Below, piece after piece: positions 9,898 through 18,307 of a DNA stretch of 55,222 nucleotides. How positions within the stretch are numbered: position 1 is the stretch's first letter; the number at the start of each line of letters is the position of its first letter. Source of the stretch: a virus. Lineage: Duplodnaviria > Caudoviricetes. The translations under genes were made by a program, and so were the position numbers. The stretch lies in IMG/VR virus record IMGVR_UViG_3300012942_000007, positions 1-55,222 of that record. One strand, 5' to 3'. A model generated the notes under the pieces. That model was not told the origin of the DNA. It saw only the letters and a program-made list of their open reading frames with translations, and made no database searches.

Positions 9898-10241
9898 TCG
9901 CCGCATATCGCAGGTTTAACGAGTGGTTGGCCCTAAAGATCGTCAGCATCGTGGGCACCATGGAATGCAGCTACGCCTTTGCGGCTTTGGCTCTCGTCAG
10001 CCTGCCTGAAGCTATTCGCGGCGGCGTAGCGACGCTCGTGGCCTGGGTTGCCCAGACGTTCATCCAGCTCGTCCTGCTTTCCATCATCATGGTCGGTCAG
10101 GACTTGCAGCAACGGCGCCTGGATGAGCTCCACGACAAGCACGACCTGCTGCACGAAAAGCACGCCGCCGCCCTTGAGCTACACGAACAGCACGCCGCCG
10201 ATCTCGCGGCAATTCACGCGAAAATTGAAGGAGTACAATAA
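9894..10241 (+). CDS. Membrane protein (DUF1003-like)
   Basis: Two TM segments, 'QLVLLSIIMVGQ' motif, His-rich tail. Confidence 0.6.
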   Translation: MIAAYRRFNEWLALKIVSIVGTMECSYAFAALALVSLPEAIRGGVATLVAWVAQTFIQLVLLSIIMVGQDLQQRRLDELHDKHDLLHEKHAAALELHEQHAADLAAIHAKIEGVQ

Positions 10242-10570
10242 TGGCTTCCATTACCGCTCGCCTGCAAAAGTGGTTTTCCCAGCCGCAGGATATCGTAGGC
10301 CTCGCCACCTGGGCCGGTACGTTTGGTTCGCAGGCCGTCCAGTACGCCTTGCACCACAACACGTCTCTGCCGCTTTTGATTGGTGGTGGCGTGGCCGGGC
10401 TGATCGCCATCACGGTTCCGAACGGTGCCGCCGTGGGCGCTGATGCGGCAAAGCTGATCGTGGACGGTGCCAACGCCATTACGGCAAAGGATATCGCCGC
10501 AGCCCCCGCGATCCTGGCTGACGCCCAAAAGCTGGCCGAGGACGCGACCAAACCCGCGCCGAGCGCTTAG
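10241..10570 (+). CDS. Holin-like membrane protein
   Basis: 1-2 hydrophobic segments, translationally coupled. Confidence 0.45.
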   Translation: MASITARLQKWFSQPQDIVGLATWAGTFGSQAVQYALHHNTSLPLLIGGGVAGLIAITVPNGAAVGADAAKLIVDGANAITAKDIAAAPAILADAQKLAEDATKPAPSA

Positions 10571-10572
10571 AT

Positions 10573-10968
10573 ATGATCGCCGCCGCATATCGCCGCGTGG
10601 TTTCGGCAATCTCTGCCCGCGCCATGCAGCTTGGCCTAGTCGAGGACGAGACATTTAATGTCCTCACCGGCGGCAATGCCGACCAGACGTTTAGCTTGCG
10701 CAATGCCGACGAGGCCAAAGCGGGCGTACCGGTGGCGTGCTGGATTTGCTGGAACCTATCATGGATGGTTCAGCGCGATCACTGCGCCCTGACGCTGCAG
10801 GACGGTGCGATCCCCTGGCCCAACGCCATCCGGGCGTTTTTCTGGATCAGCCTCGTGCTGTCCACCCCTTTTGATATCTGGCGCTGGCCATTGATTGCCA
10901 CGCCGATCGTCGCCGCCGTGCTGGCGGTAGACTTGCTCGCCTATCATTTTTTCAAAGGAAAATCGTGA
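10573..10968 (+). CDS. Membrane protein
   Basis: 'D...N.L.GG..D.T.S.R' N-terminal motif, Cys cluster, two C-terminal TM helices. Confidence 0.55.
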   Translation: MIAAAYRRVVSAISARAMQLGLVEDETFNVLTGGNADQTFSLRNADEAKAGVPVACWICWNLSWMVQRDHCALTLQDGAIPWPNAIRAFFWISLVLSTPFDIWRWPLIATPIVAAVLAVDLLAYHFFKGKS

Positions 10969-11504
10969 TGAACCGCCGCTCTCTTCTTCGCGCTTCGGCG
11001 CTTGTCGTACCTGCCGCGCTTGTGGCTGGCTGCACCACTTCCACCGTCAACGGCGTGACCACCGTCACGCTCAATGTCGCCCAAGTCACCAACTGGGGCA
11101 CGGCATTTCTGAACTGCGCCAAATTCGTCGCTGGTTTTTCCGGACTGCCCGCTGCCACTGTGACGCTGATTGATGGGGTCATTTCCACCACCGAGGCGGA
11201 CCTGACCACGTTTGAAACCACCACCTCGGGCGTGGTTGAACTCAAGTTTGATAGCACCTCTGTGCCGGCCGCCGTGTCGAGCCTGCTGGCTGATGGCAAG
11301 ACGCTGGTGGCTGACCTGTCCGCCATCGCGATGGACAAAACCGCGTCTTATTTCAGCGCCGCCACCAATTACCTCAACGCGGCCGAGACGATTCTGACCC
11401 TGTTCGAGGCGGCACTGGGCTCTGTTTCCGCGAAAGTTTCGCTGGCTGTTGGCGCAACGCCGATGACCGAGGCCCAGGCGCTGGCAACGTTTGGCGTGAA
11501 ATAA
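10968..11504 (+). CDS. Putative Tat-exported lipoprotein
   Basis: 'MNRRSLL' twin-arginine motif and 'VAGC' lipobox. Confidence 0.65.
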   Translation: MNRRSLLRASALVVPAALVAGCTTSTVNGVTTVTLNVAQVTNWGTAFLNCAKFVAGFSGLPAATVTLIDGVISTTEADLTTFETTTSGVVELKFDSTSVPAAVSSLLADGKTLVADLSAIAMDKTASYFSAATNYLNAAETILTLFEAALGSVSAKVSLAVGATPMTEAQALATFGVK

Positions 11505-12151
11505 TGGCAAAGCTAGGTTGCATCATCCGGCCTGAGGTTGCAGACGCGCACGCCGCCCTCGTGGGCGATGCGCTTCTGCGCCTGCCAGCGTGGACCGGCG
11601 GCCCTGTGCCGCTTTATGTCGGGAATAATATAAAGGTTGGCACCTGCGCCATAGTGGCCGCCATAAACCGGGTGCTTGAAGAGCATTGGCGAAAAACAGG
11701 CGAAATCCTGGTTGTGCCTGAGGACCTGGACCTTGTGATCTATGCTGCGGTCACGGGGTACGACGCAAGCCAGACCGACGCGAATGGGTACAATCCTACA
11801 GATCAGGGAACGGACCCGGAGGCTTTGTTTGCGTGGTGGGAACAGAACGCCATCCTCGGATACAAGCTCAAAAGCGCGACCGCCATCAACCCGGCCAACA
11901 TCAACGGCTTGAAAAATGCTGTGGTTGGGGGCGGGGCGTATATCTGCTTCTGGCTGGCCGACAATCAAATCGGTGCCGCCGAATGGCACCCCGAAACCCC
12001 AAACAAGGCTAACGGGCATGCGGTGTTTTTCCCCGGCTACATCGCGTCCCTCATGAAGGGGATTTCCTGGGGCCTGGATGAAGCAGCCGACGACGCGATG
12101 ATCGAAGCGCAGGGCGGCGCGGCATGGGCGCTCCAGCTCGTAGCAGCCTAA
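11504..12151 (+). CDS. Papain-like cysteine peptidase
   Basis: 'GTCAIVA' (Cys), 'GHAVFFPGY' (His), 'SWG' motifs. Confidence 0.6.
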   Translation: MAKLGCIIRPEVADAHAALVGDALLRLPAWTGGPVPLYVGNNIKVGTCAIVAAINRVLEEHWRKTGEILVVPEDLDLVIYAAVTGYDASQTDANGYNPTDQGTDPEALFAWWEQNAILGYKLKSATAINPANINGLKNAVVGGGAYICFWLADNQIGAAEWHPETPNKANGHAVFFPGYIASLMKGISWGLDEAADDAMIEAQGGAAWALQLVAA

Positions 12152-12417
12152 TGCGCGCTACCCTGCTCCTGCTGCTTCTCTCGGGTTGCTCTGGCGTATC
12201 GCACGTCTGCGATACCCAGGGCACCTGCCTGGAAACATGGCGCAGCGTGACGGCGGTCTCATCGGTCACAGTGTCGCAGCTTCGCGGGCCGGATGGGAAG
12301 CCTGTGGGTGGCGATAAAGTCTCCGCGACAGGCGGCGGTGTTGTTTCTTATTTTGATCCTTTCGCTTCGGACGTCGAAACAACGGCAACCGAAGCGAAGG
12401 CTGTAGGGGTTTGGTAA
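12151..12417 (+). CDS. Small lipoprotein (o-spanin candidate)
   Basis: 'MRATLLLLLLSG|C' lipobox; extra Cys pair. Confidence 0.6.
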   Translation: MRATLLLLLLSGCSGVSHVCDTQGTCLETWRSVTAVSSVTVSQLRGPDGKPVGGDKVSATGGGVVSYFDPFASDVETTATEAKAVGVW

Positions 12418-12851
12418 TGTATCCTTGGCTCAATGATCCGCAGCAGGTCGTGGCGCGCACTGTATGGGGCGAAAATCGCGGGGGCGGTTATATCGGCATG
12501 CAATCCGTTGCGAACGTGATTATGAACCGCGCCAAGCGCGGCGGTTGGTGGGGCGCGACACCGATGGCCGTGTGCCTGCATCCCTGGCAGTTCTCCACGT
12601 GGAATCCCATGATTGTGCACCAGACGCCGGACAGCAACTATCTGGCGACGGTATCCGTGACCGACGAAAACATCCTTTTCGAGTACGCGCTGCAAATTGC
12701 ACAGTTGGCGATTGCGGGGGCGCTTCCTGATCTGACCGAGGGCGCGGACAGCTATTACGCGTTGAGCCTGGATGCGGCGCCTGCATGGGCGAAAAACGCC
12801 GTCCACACGATGGATATAGCCGGGCAGAGCTTTTACAAAACTGTGATGTGA
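12417..12851 (+). CDS. Cell wall hydrolase (SleB/Hydrolase_2 family) endolysin
   Basis: 'ARTVWGENRG....GM..VANVIMNR', 'QFS.WN', 'D.T.GA..YY' motifs. Confidence 0.88.
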   Translation: MYPWLNDPQQVVARTVWGENRGGGYIGMQSVANVIMNRAKRGGWWGATPMAVCLHPWQFSTWNPMIVHQTPDSNYLATVSVTDENILFEYALQIAQLAIAGALPDLTEGADSYYALSLDAAPAWAKNAVHTMDIAGQSFYKTVM

Positions 12852-12863
12852 TTGGAGCATCTC

Positions 12864-13349
12864 ATGAAAAAACTACTCCTCTTCCTGGCGATCCTGTTTT
12901 CACCACTCGCGGCTCACGCGACGTGCAGCGGGATCGTCACCAACCATAACAACTCTTTTCCGGAATTGTAGGGCTACAACCCGACCATTTACAGCGGCGC
13001 GCCTGGGTATTCCCCGGTTACGATTGACGGAAGCTGTAATCTCAACGTCAATGTTGCCAGCGGCACGGTTACCGTTTCACCGTCCCTCGCCGCAACAAGC
13101 ACGGCCGCCTCAGGAACCACCAGCGCAACGCCGGGCACATGGACGGTTGCAATTGCGGCATCGTCTACGCGCCTGGGCTGCACGGTCCAAAATCAGGGCA
13201 CCGTGACTCTGTATATTGCCAGCGGATCTACAACGCCTTCAGCAGGGTTCGCGCTTGCGCCGGGGCAGTCTTATAACTGCATCGACCAGCAGGCCGTTTA
13301 TGTTGAGAGCGCCACGGCGTCTCAGACTTATTTTGGAAAGGCATGGTAA
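12864..13349 (+). pseudogene. Signal-peptide beta-sandwich protein interrupted by in-frame TAG (12969-12971)
   Basis: GGAG RBS, 'MKKLLLFLAILFSPLAAHA' signal; frame stays open and protein-like after the amber; TAATG coupling to next gene. Confidence 0.7.
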
Positions 13350-13675
13350 TGCGCAAAATCATTTTATGTGCTGCGTCTGCGCTATTCCCGGTATTTGCGC
13401 ATGCGCAGGCTCTGAGCAACAACGGGGCAATCGGCCCGGCTCCGCAAACCCCTGCATATATCCAGGTATTTACTAGTTCCGGTACGGGCACGCTTCCCGC
13501 TTATTGCACTGCGCTCGATCTCACGATTGTAGGTGGAGGCCAGAGCGGAGCGCCAGGCGGAACGATTGCCAGTGGGCAAAGTGGTTCTGGCGGTGGGGGC
13601 GGCGGTTCCGGGACTGGCGGCGGCGGTGCAGGCGGTGCCGGTGGTAACGGTTACGCGGTGGTGGAGTGCAACTGA
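13349..13675 (+). CDS. Signal-peptide-bearing mini glycine-rich fibre domain
   Basis: 'AHA|QA' signal; 'QVFTSSGT..LP....LD.TIVGGG...G.G.GYAVV' parallels the 4552 fibre domain. Confidence 0.65.
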   Translation: MRKIILCAASALFPVFAHAQALSNNGAIGPAPQTPAYIQVFTSSGTGTLPAYCTALDLTIVGGGQSGAPGGTIASGQSGSGGGGGGSGTGGGGAGGAGGNGYAVVECN

Positions 13676-13920
13676 TGCGCAAAATATTTCTGTTTTTCTT
13701 TCTACTCCCAGCGGCGGCTTGGGCCGATCCCGGGAAATATGCGGTCGAATGTACGTCTGCATGTGTGGCTCAGGATCAGTCCACCCAACCGGCCGGCACG
13801 ATCATTAATGTGATCGAGGCGTCCGCCGGGTTCGTGCCCACGGATTTTGCGGGCAATACCGATGACGTTGAGATTGTCCCGTATGCCGGGCAGACAATCT
13901 ACAATCCGCCAACTCAGTGA
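13675..13920 (+). CDS. Signal-peptide-bearing small protein (fibre-chaperone-like)
   Basis: 'AWA|DP' signal; 'YAV...G.IINVI' pattern. Confidence 0.6.
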   Translation: MRKIFLFFFLLPAAAWADPGKYAVECTSACVAQDQSTQPAGTIINVIEASAGFVPTDFAGNTDDVEIVPYAGQTIYNPPTQ

Positions 13921-14039
13921 CCGCCGAAATCATCCACCTCTCTGACCGCCGCGCCATCCGGCACCGCGAAACCTGGGCGCTCGTGTGGGTCTGGGTCCCG
14001 TGGTGTTGGGTGCCGGTTTTGGTTTGGGTGCGGGCGTGA
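13917..14039 (+). CDS. Trp/Val-rich 40-aa peptide
   Basis: GTGA overlap with upstream stop; MTAEIIHLSDRRAIRHRETWALVWVWVPWCWVPVLVWVRA. Confidence 0.45.
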   Translation: MTAEIIHLSDRRAIRHRETWALVWVWVPWCWVPVLVWVRA

Positions 14040-14228
14040 CGGCCGTCCAGCCAATCACGTGGCACATGGTGGCGCTACAGCCCGGGACGTGCCTGTGGGT
14101 GCTTCTGGGTCTGGCGTTTGTGGTGCTGGTGCTGCTGGTGGATGAGCCGGAGCGTTAAAACAATTGAGGTCGCTTATTTCTTGATCGGGTTTTGATTGCT
14201 CAAAAATGAGATTGGTTGCAGGGAGATG

Positions 14229-14365
14229 TGGGGGGGGGTAGCCGTATCGAACGGCCTCTTGGTCATTCTCGGCCATCTTCTCATCCAGAGGTGGTTTACC
14301 GCGCGGGAATCGAACCCGCCCTATGATGTAAGTTTGCCCCAAGCGCATTCCACGCTTCCCCCAAA
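14229..14365 (-). ncRNA. tRNA-like structured RNA / degenerate tRNAs
   Basis: D-arm-like AAGCG-TGGAATG-CGCTT; two T-arms (GCGGG-TTCGATT-CCCGC and GGCCG-TTCGATA-CGGCT), each followed by 8 nt and CCA; no valid anticodon arm. Confidence 0.55.
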
Positions 14366-14366
14366 T

Positions 14367-14443
<77 letters not shown>

Positions 14444-14449
14444 CCAATT

Positions 14450-14549
14450 GCGAGGCCGGTCGCTACTCCGGCTATTTGACTGCGTGTCTTTTCTGGTGGC
14501 AGCCCCCATGCGGTAAGCCCAAAGCCAGACAGCATTCCACGCCGCTCGC
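14450..14549 (-). ncRNA. Structured tRNA-like ncRNA upstream of tRNA-fMet
   Basis: Closing stem GCGAG/CTCGC, GCGTG/CACGC, TCTGG/CCAGA and GCCGG-AGTAGCGA-CCGGC hairpins; starts at predicted TSS. Confidence 0.55.
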
Positions 14550-14554
14550 TCCTT

Positions 14555-14583
14555 CTTATACCCGCCGGGCGCGGCGTCGGCAA
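14555..14583 (-). promoter_or_regulatory. Sigma70 promoter for RNA cluster
   Basis: TTGCCG-17 bp-TATAAG on minus strand. Confidence 0.7.
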
Positions 14584-14599
14584 GAACGAAAGGTGATTC

Positions 14600-14857
14600 T
14601 GTGCCGCGATTCTGCGCCCCAAAATGTACCCCGGCTTACCTCATGTTCTCCTTCTGTCCGCGCTTGATGCGTTTATTTTTATCCTAAAAATACAAGGGAA
14701 ACCTTGGGGAAATTGGCAAATCTGGTTTTTCGCCTTCGGTTTACAAAACCGCTGCACTACCACTGTGCTAACCCGGCATTAACACCTTGATCTATATGGC
14801 TTTTTTAATATCCGCAAGAGCCTCTGATTTCCCCGCCTGTGCCCCCGATTGAGCCCC
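14600..14857. other. attP: attP region: core (5' half of tRNA-Thr) with integrase arm-type repeats
   Basis: TGNRCCSC-type repeats at 14600, 14613, 14625, 14838, 14850 with 12-13 bp spacing on both sides of a tRNA fragment, next to int 3' end. Confidence 0.72.
14733..14777 (-). pseudogene. 5' fragment of tRNA-Thr(TGT) (att core)
   Basis: GCCGGGTTAGCACAGTGGTAGTGCAGCGGTTTTGTAAACCGAAGG; no T-arm or 3' acceptor strand follows. Confidence 0.85.
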
Positions 14858-15868
14858 GGCGTGTTCTTCGGCCTCTAGATACCCCAGATAGATTTCAGTC
14901 GTCCGCACCGAGGTGTGACCCAGGTGCTTGGAGAGGGTGTATATATCGCCTCCGGCCCGAAGCCAACGTATGGCAAACAAATGCCTGAGATCATGGACCC
15001 GAAACCGCCGGAAGGGCTTTTTCTCTTTCTTGGCCTTGGCCGCGATCCTACGGCACAGACCGCCAAAGGCGCTGGAAAAATTCTTGTACGATTCCTTGTG
15101 GTTGGTAGGGAAAAGCTCCCCCTTTTCCGGGGCGCAAGCCAGAATCGGCTCCGCATCGCCGCCGGGCGTCTTCCATTTCAGGGTACGCGGCTTGCTGGTT
15201 TTTGTCCGCGTTAGGGTAATGATCTGCCGGGTACGGTCCAGATCCTCCGCCTCCAGTTTAACGGCCTCTTGCGCCCGCATGCCGGTAGCGACCAACAGAC
15301 GCAGGGTCTGGGCCATCGCGTGCGTGGCTTCTTCCAGCACCATATCAAAAGCCTCTTGGGTCGGAGGCGTTATCGGGTCGCGCCGCTCCCGCAGCACGGC
15401 GCTTCGGTCATAGGTTCTGGCCGGATTGGCGGCAATCCAGCCCCAAGCCTGGCAAGCGGCGAGGAGGCGGGAAAGGGCGGTCAGGTCGCGGCGGATCGTG
15501 GCGTTGCTGACCTTTCCGGCTCGGCTGCTGACGAATTCGGCTACCTTGGCCCCGTCGATCTGCTCAATCTTGAGGCTTCCCATGATTACCTCGAGGTTCT
15601 GGATGCTGCTTTTATAGCGCCGCGCCACGGCGGGCTTTACCGCCTGCGGAAGCACTTCTGCGGTCCATTTTACCACAGCCTCATACCAGGAATGGCCGTC
15701 AATAGGGCCAAAACCCTGGCGTTCTAACTTAAGGCGCCATGCCTTGAGGCGCTTTTTGGCTTCCCTCTTATCGCCAGTTCGTAGGCTTCTCTTATACTCT
15801 CGTCCGGCAAGACGGATACGTCCCCAGAGTACCTTGCCGCGCGGGTAGATATATCCGTCTTCTGACAC
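14792..15868 (-). CDS. int: Tyrosine integrase
   Basis: TGMR..E, TKT, HDLRH, LGH...TT.IY catalytic motifs. Confidence 0.95.
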   Translation of the reverse strand: MSEDGYIYPRGKVLWGRIRLAGREYKRSLRTGDKREAKKRLKAWRLKLERQGFGPIDGHSWYEAVVKWTAEVLPQAVKPAVARRYKSSIQNLEVIMGSLKIEQIDGAKVAEFVSSRAGKVSNATIRRDLTALSRLLAACQAWGWIAANPARTYDRSAVLRERRDPITPPTQEAFDMVLEEATHAMAQTLRLLVATGMRAQEAVKLEAEDLDRTRQIITLTRTKTSKPRTLKWKTPGGDAEPILACAPEKGELFPTNHKESYKNFSSAFGGLCRRIAAKAKKEKKPFRRFRVHDLRHLFAIRWLRAGGDIYTLSKHLGHTSVRTTEIYLGYLEAEEHAGAQSGAQAGKSEALADIKKAI

Positions 15869-16044
15869 GCCTGAGCCTCCTTAGCGCGCACCCAAGCACG
15901 AATTTTCACCGGATCAAAGGACCATTTTCGCCGGCCAATCCGGGCCGCGCTGGGAATTTCGCCGCGGGCTGCCATTTCCTGGATCGTCCGCAGGGCCAGG
16001 CCCGTGATCCGACAGACCTCTTCTGTGCCGATACGCTCGCTCAT
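15724..16044 (-). CDS. xis: Excisionase (AlpA/MerR-like HTH)
   Basis: 'EEVCRITGLALRTIQ.MA..GEIP...IGRR.W.F' immediately upstream of int. Confidence 0.8.
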   Translation of the reverse strand: MSERIGTEEVCRITGLALRTIQEMAARGEIPSAARIGRRKWSFDPVKIRAWVRAKEAQACQKTDISTRAARYSGDVSVLPDESIREAYELAIRGKPKSASRHGALS

Positions 16045-16310
16045 CCCGCCCTCCTCGCCCTGCTATCCCACTTGATTAACCAATGCGGCACGCCTGCCGC
16101 GATCTCCTCGCGGCCAGCAGCGGCGCTCATTGGCTCGACGGCGATGCGCCAGGTCGCCACACCCAGGGCCGCGAGGCCCTTGGCCCGGCGTACCGACAGC
16201 ACGCGATAGGCGCGGCGGGTGCGTGGGCCGTTGCCCATGATGATGTGCCCCGGAGATGGTGCGCCGCGGGCTGGAGGACAGCGGTAGCGGATGGTTGGGG
16301 CGCGGGTCAT
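16041..16310 (-). CDS. Hypothetical protein
   Basis: ATGA-coupled ORF. Confidence 0.55.
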   Translation of the reverse strand: MTRAPTIRYRCPPARGAPSPGHIIMGNGPRTRRAYRVLSVRRAKGLAALGVATWRIAVEPMSAAAGREEIAAGVPHWLIKWDSRARRAG

Positions 16311-16735
16311 CCGAACAGATCCCCCACGGCCGACTTGGTCCGAGCGCGTTCCGCAATCCCGGCCCGGCGCTTTGCCGCGTCGTACATATTATGACACCGC
16401 TGACAAAGCGCCTTGAGGTTGGATGGATCGCAGTTCTCAGGCATGTGATCCAGGTGCGCGACCGTGAGAACGATCTTCACGATGCGCAGGTTTTTACTTT
16501 CGCCGTCGCGGCTGCACCACGACCATTCACCTGGCTTTGGCCAATCGAGCCCCAGACCATTTGTGCCCTTCGGTTGCGCTTTGCACCAACGTCCGTCTAT
16601 GTCCCTGCCGCCAAGTTCATAGTTTGGCACGCCGCAGTCCTCGCAGCGATTTTCCGCGCGCGCTCGTATTGAGCGTGAGATCTCCGGCCAATCTTTTGGA
16701 TAGCGATTTTTGTTTTCGGCGCGGATCGGCATCAT
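16307..16735 (-). CDS. HNH-like zinc-binding protein
   Basis: 'RYP.DW..IS..IR.RA..RCE.CG', 'LTVAHLDH.PENC...NL.ALCQRCH'. Confidence 0.82.
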   Translation of the reverse strand: MMPIRAENKNRYPKDWPEISRSIRARAENRCEDCGVPNYELGGRDIDGRWCKAQPKGTNGLGLDWPKPGEWSWCSRDGESKNLRIVKIVLTVAHLDHMPENCDPSNLKALCQRCHNMYDAAKRRAGIAERARTKSAVGDLFG

Positions 16736-17433
16736 CCCGCCTCCTTCTGCGTGAGGGCGGCGCGGGTTTCGGTAAGGAAATAGTCAGCCATTTCCCCGCA
16801 AGCCTGTTTTGGTCCTAGACCCATCAGCGCATTATGCAGCCGGTCAAATCCGTTCTCTGCCACTGTCAACGCTTCCCGCAACCGCTCATTCTCACCCTCA
16901 AGCTTTAGAATATGTACATTGCGTGCATCTGAATTTCTTTGCGCAGCGGCTATGTATGAATTAGTGGAACGCCGGTTCTTTTCCAAATCATTCCGCAACC
17001 GCTCGACCTCAGCCCGCAGCGCGGCGAGTTCGTCCGGCGCATCGGTCTTTGATTGCCACTTAATTACCTGACGAAGCCACGCAATGCTTTCCCGCATGCG
17101 CCGCGTTACGCGATCCAATTGCAGGTTAGCGTGATCTTCAAAATACCGTGCAATTTCATGGCCAATGGGGCGACCGTTAATCAGAAATGTTTCATACGTC
17201 TCCCCAAAGGAGATCTTCTCGTTCTCGGTTAAAGGCTCCACTTGTAGTGTCGCATCGGCGGGGAGAAGGGCGCGGATGGCACGAGTAGTTTCTTCTTGAT
17301 TTAAATAGATTTCGTCATCTGCAATAATGTACGCGCATTCCGCTAAGCGCCCTACCGCCTCCTCCACCCCCGCGCGAAAGCCGGTGGCGCGGGCCTGGGC
17401 GATTATGGTGTCTATGTTCGATGGGGTGGTCAT
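16732..17433 (-). CDS. Hypothetical mosaic coiled-coil early protein
   Basis: GAGG RBS before ATG at 17433; coiled-coil C-terminus. Confidence 0.55.
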   Translation of the reverse strand: MTTPSNIDTIIAQARATGFRAGVEEAVGRLAECAYIIADDEIYLNQEETTRAIRALLPADATLQVEPLTENEKISFGETYETFLINGRPIGHEIARYFEDHANLQLDRVTRRMRESIAWLRQVIKWQSKTDAPDELAALRAEVERLRNDLEKNRRSTNSYIAAAQRNSDARNVHILKLEGENERLREALTVAENGFDRLHNALMGLGPKQACGEMADYFLTETRAALTQKEAG

Positions 17434-17927
17434 GGCGTAATCCTCACAGTTATGCCCAGCGGACTTGCGCACAGAATTTGTGTAGCCTTCTTTCCTGCTG
17501 CGAACAGCACGGCTCCATCGCCAGGACTGTTGCCAATGCTTCCATCCGGTCTCACGAATTTTGTTTTGCCTTTCGGGAACAGCATGACATCGGCTTTCGG
17601 CGCCCATTCATGGAACCAGCCAGCGGAAGTGCGAGCAAACACTAGCGCAATACCATTCCCGTGATCGAAGAACCGGCGAAGCCAGGGCACAACGCCATTG
17701 CGCTTGCCAAAAGGTGGGTTCATCCACACGAAACCATCCCATGGGGCGGTGAGACCATCCATACTTGCGGTAAGAAAGCGATCACATGGTACAGAGAGAA
17801 ACGCGCGTCCTTCATCTGGCTGGCAAGGATCAAGATCAAATCGGCAATTTAAGCCATCGAAGATTTCGGATGGCGTGAACCACTCATCGCTTTCGCCAAC
17901 ACTCTTCCTGTGCTGCTTAACCATCAC
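17430..17927 (-). CDS. Phage DNA N6-adenine methyltransferase (Dam-like)
   Basis: 'DEW.TP', 'FDLDPC', 'DGL...W.G.VWMNPPF'. Confidence 0.88.
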   Translation of the reverse strand: MMVKQHRKSVGESDEWFTPSEIFDGLNCRFDLDPCQPDEGRAFLSVPCDRFLTASMDGLTAPWDGFVWMNPPFGKRNGVVPWLRRFFDHGNGIALVFARTSAGWFHEWAPKADVMLFPKGKTKFVRPDGSIGNSPGDGAVLFAAGKKATQILCASPLGITVRITP

Positions 17928-18307
17928 TCCACCTCTCCCTCAACTTCCTGAATTCGCGGCGGCACGATGTAGGCGGTCATTGTTTTTCGTTGTGATGTGT
18001 AATCAGCAACCTCCATCCTGTAGACAGAGTCAATCATGTCTTCCACGCTCGCGCCCGACCATCCATTCGCGCACCAATTTCCTCTTTCATCAATTAGAAT
18101 CGGAAGCTCAATCTTCACGGCACCTTCGGGCGGCGAGGGTTTGGCTGGCGCCATCAGCGTGTTCCATTTAGTGCCGTCTGGGTCGTGTAGCGGCCCTATA
18201 GTTTTGCATTCCTCATTATTACATGAAACATACCATGCTTTGTGTAAGCTGCTATATTTGAATTCAGCCTCACTCCCGCAGCAGCGGCATTTCGCGATGG
18301 TGGTCAT
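17924..18307 (-). CDS. Lar-like zinc-finger protein
   Basis: 'CRCCG..A......YVSC...C...GP' N-terminus. Confidence 0.5.
   Translation of the reverse strand: MTTIAKCRCCGSEAEFKYSSLHKAWYVSCNNEECKTIGPLHDPDGTKWNTLMAPAKPSPPEGAVKIELPILIDERGNWCANGWSGASVEDMIDSVYRMEVADYTSQRKTMTAYIVPPRIQEVEGEVE

Noticed and set aside
14230-14238. G9 tract as phase-variation switch of ORF 14055-14348
   Set aside because: The ORF is low-complexity and overlaps the RNA elements; the tract is better explained as an acceptor-like strand
14292-14365. Amber suppressor tRNA explaining the TAG at 12969
   Set aside because: No paired anticodon stem or CTA anticodon, and the acceptor strands do not pair
14229-14365. tmRNA
   Set aside because: Too short, no tag reading frame and no alanine-type acceptor end recognisable
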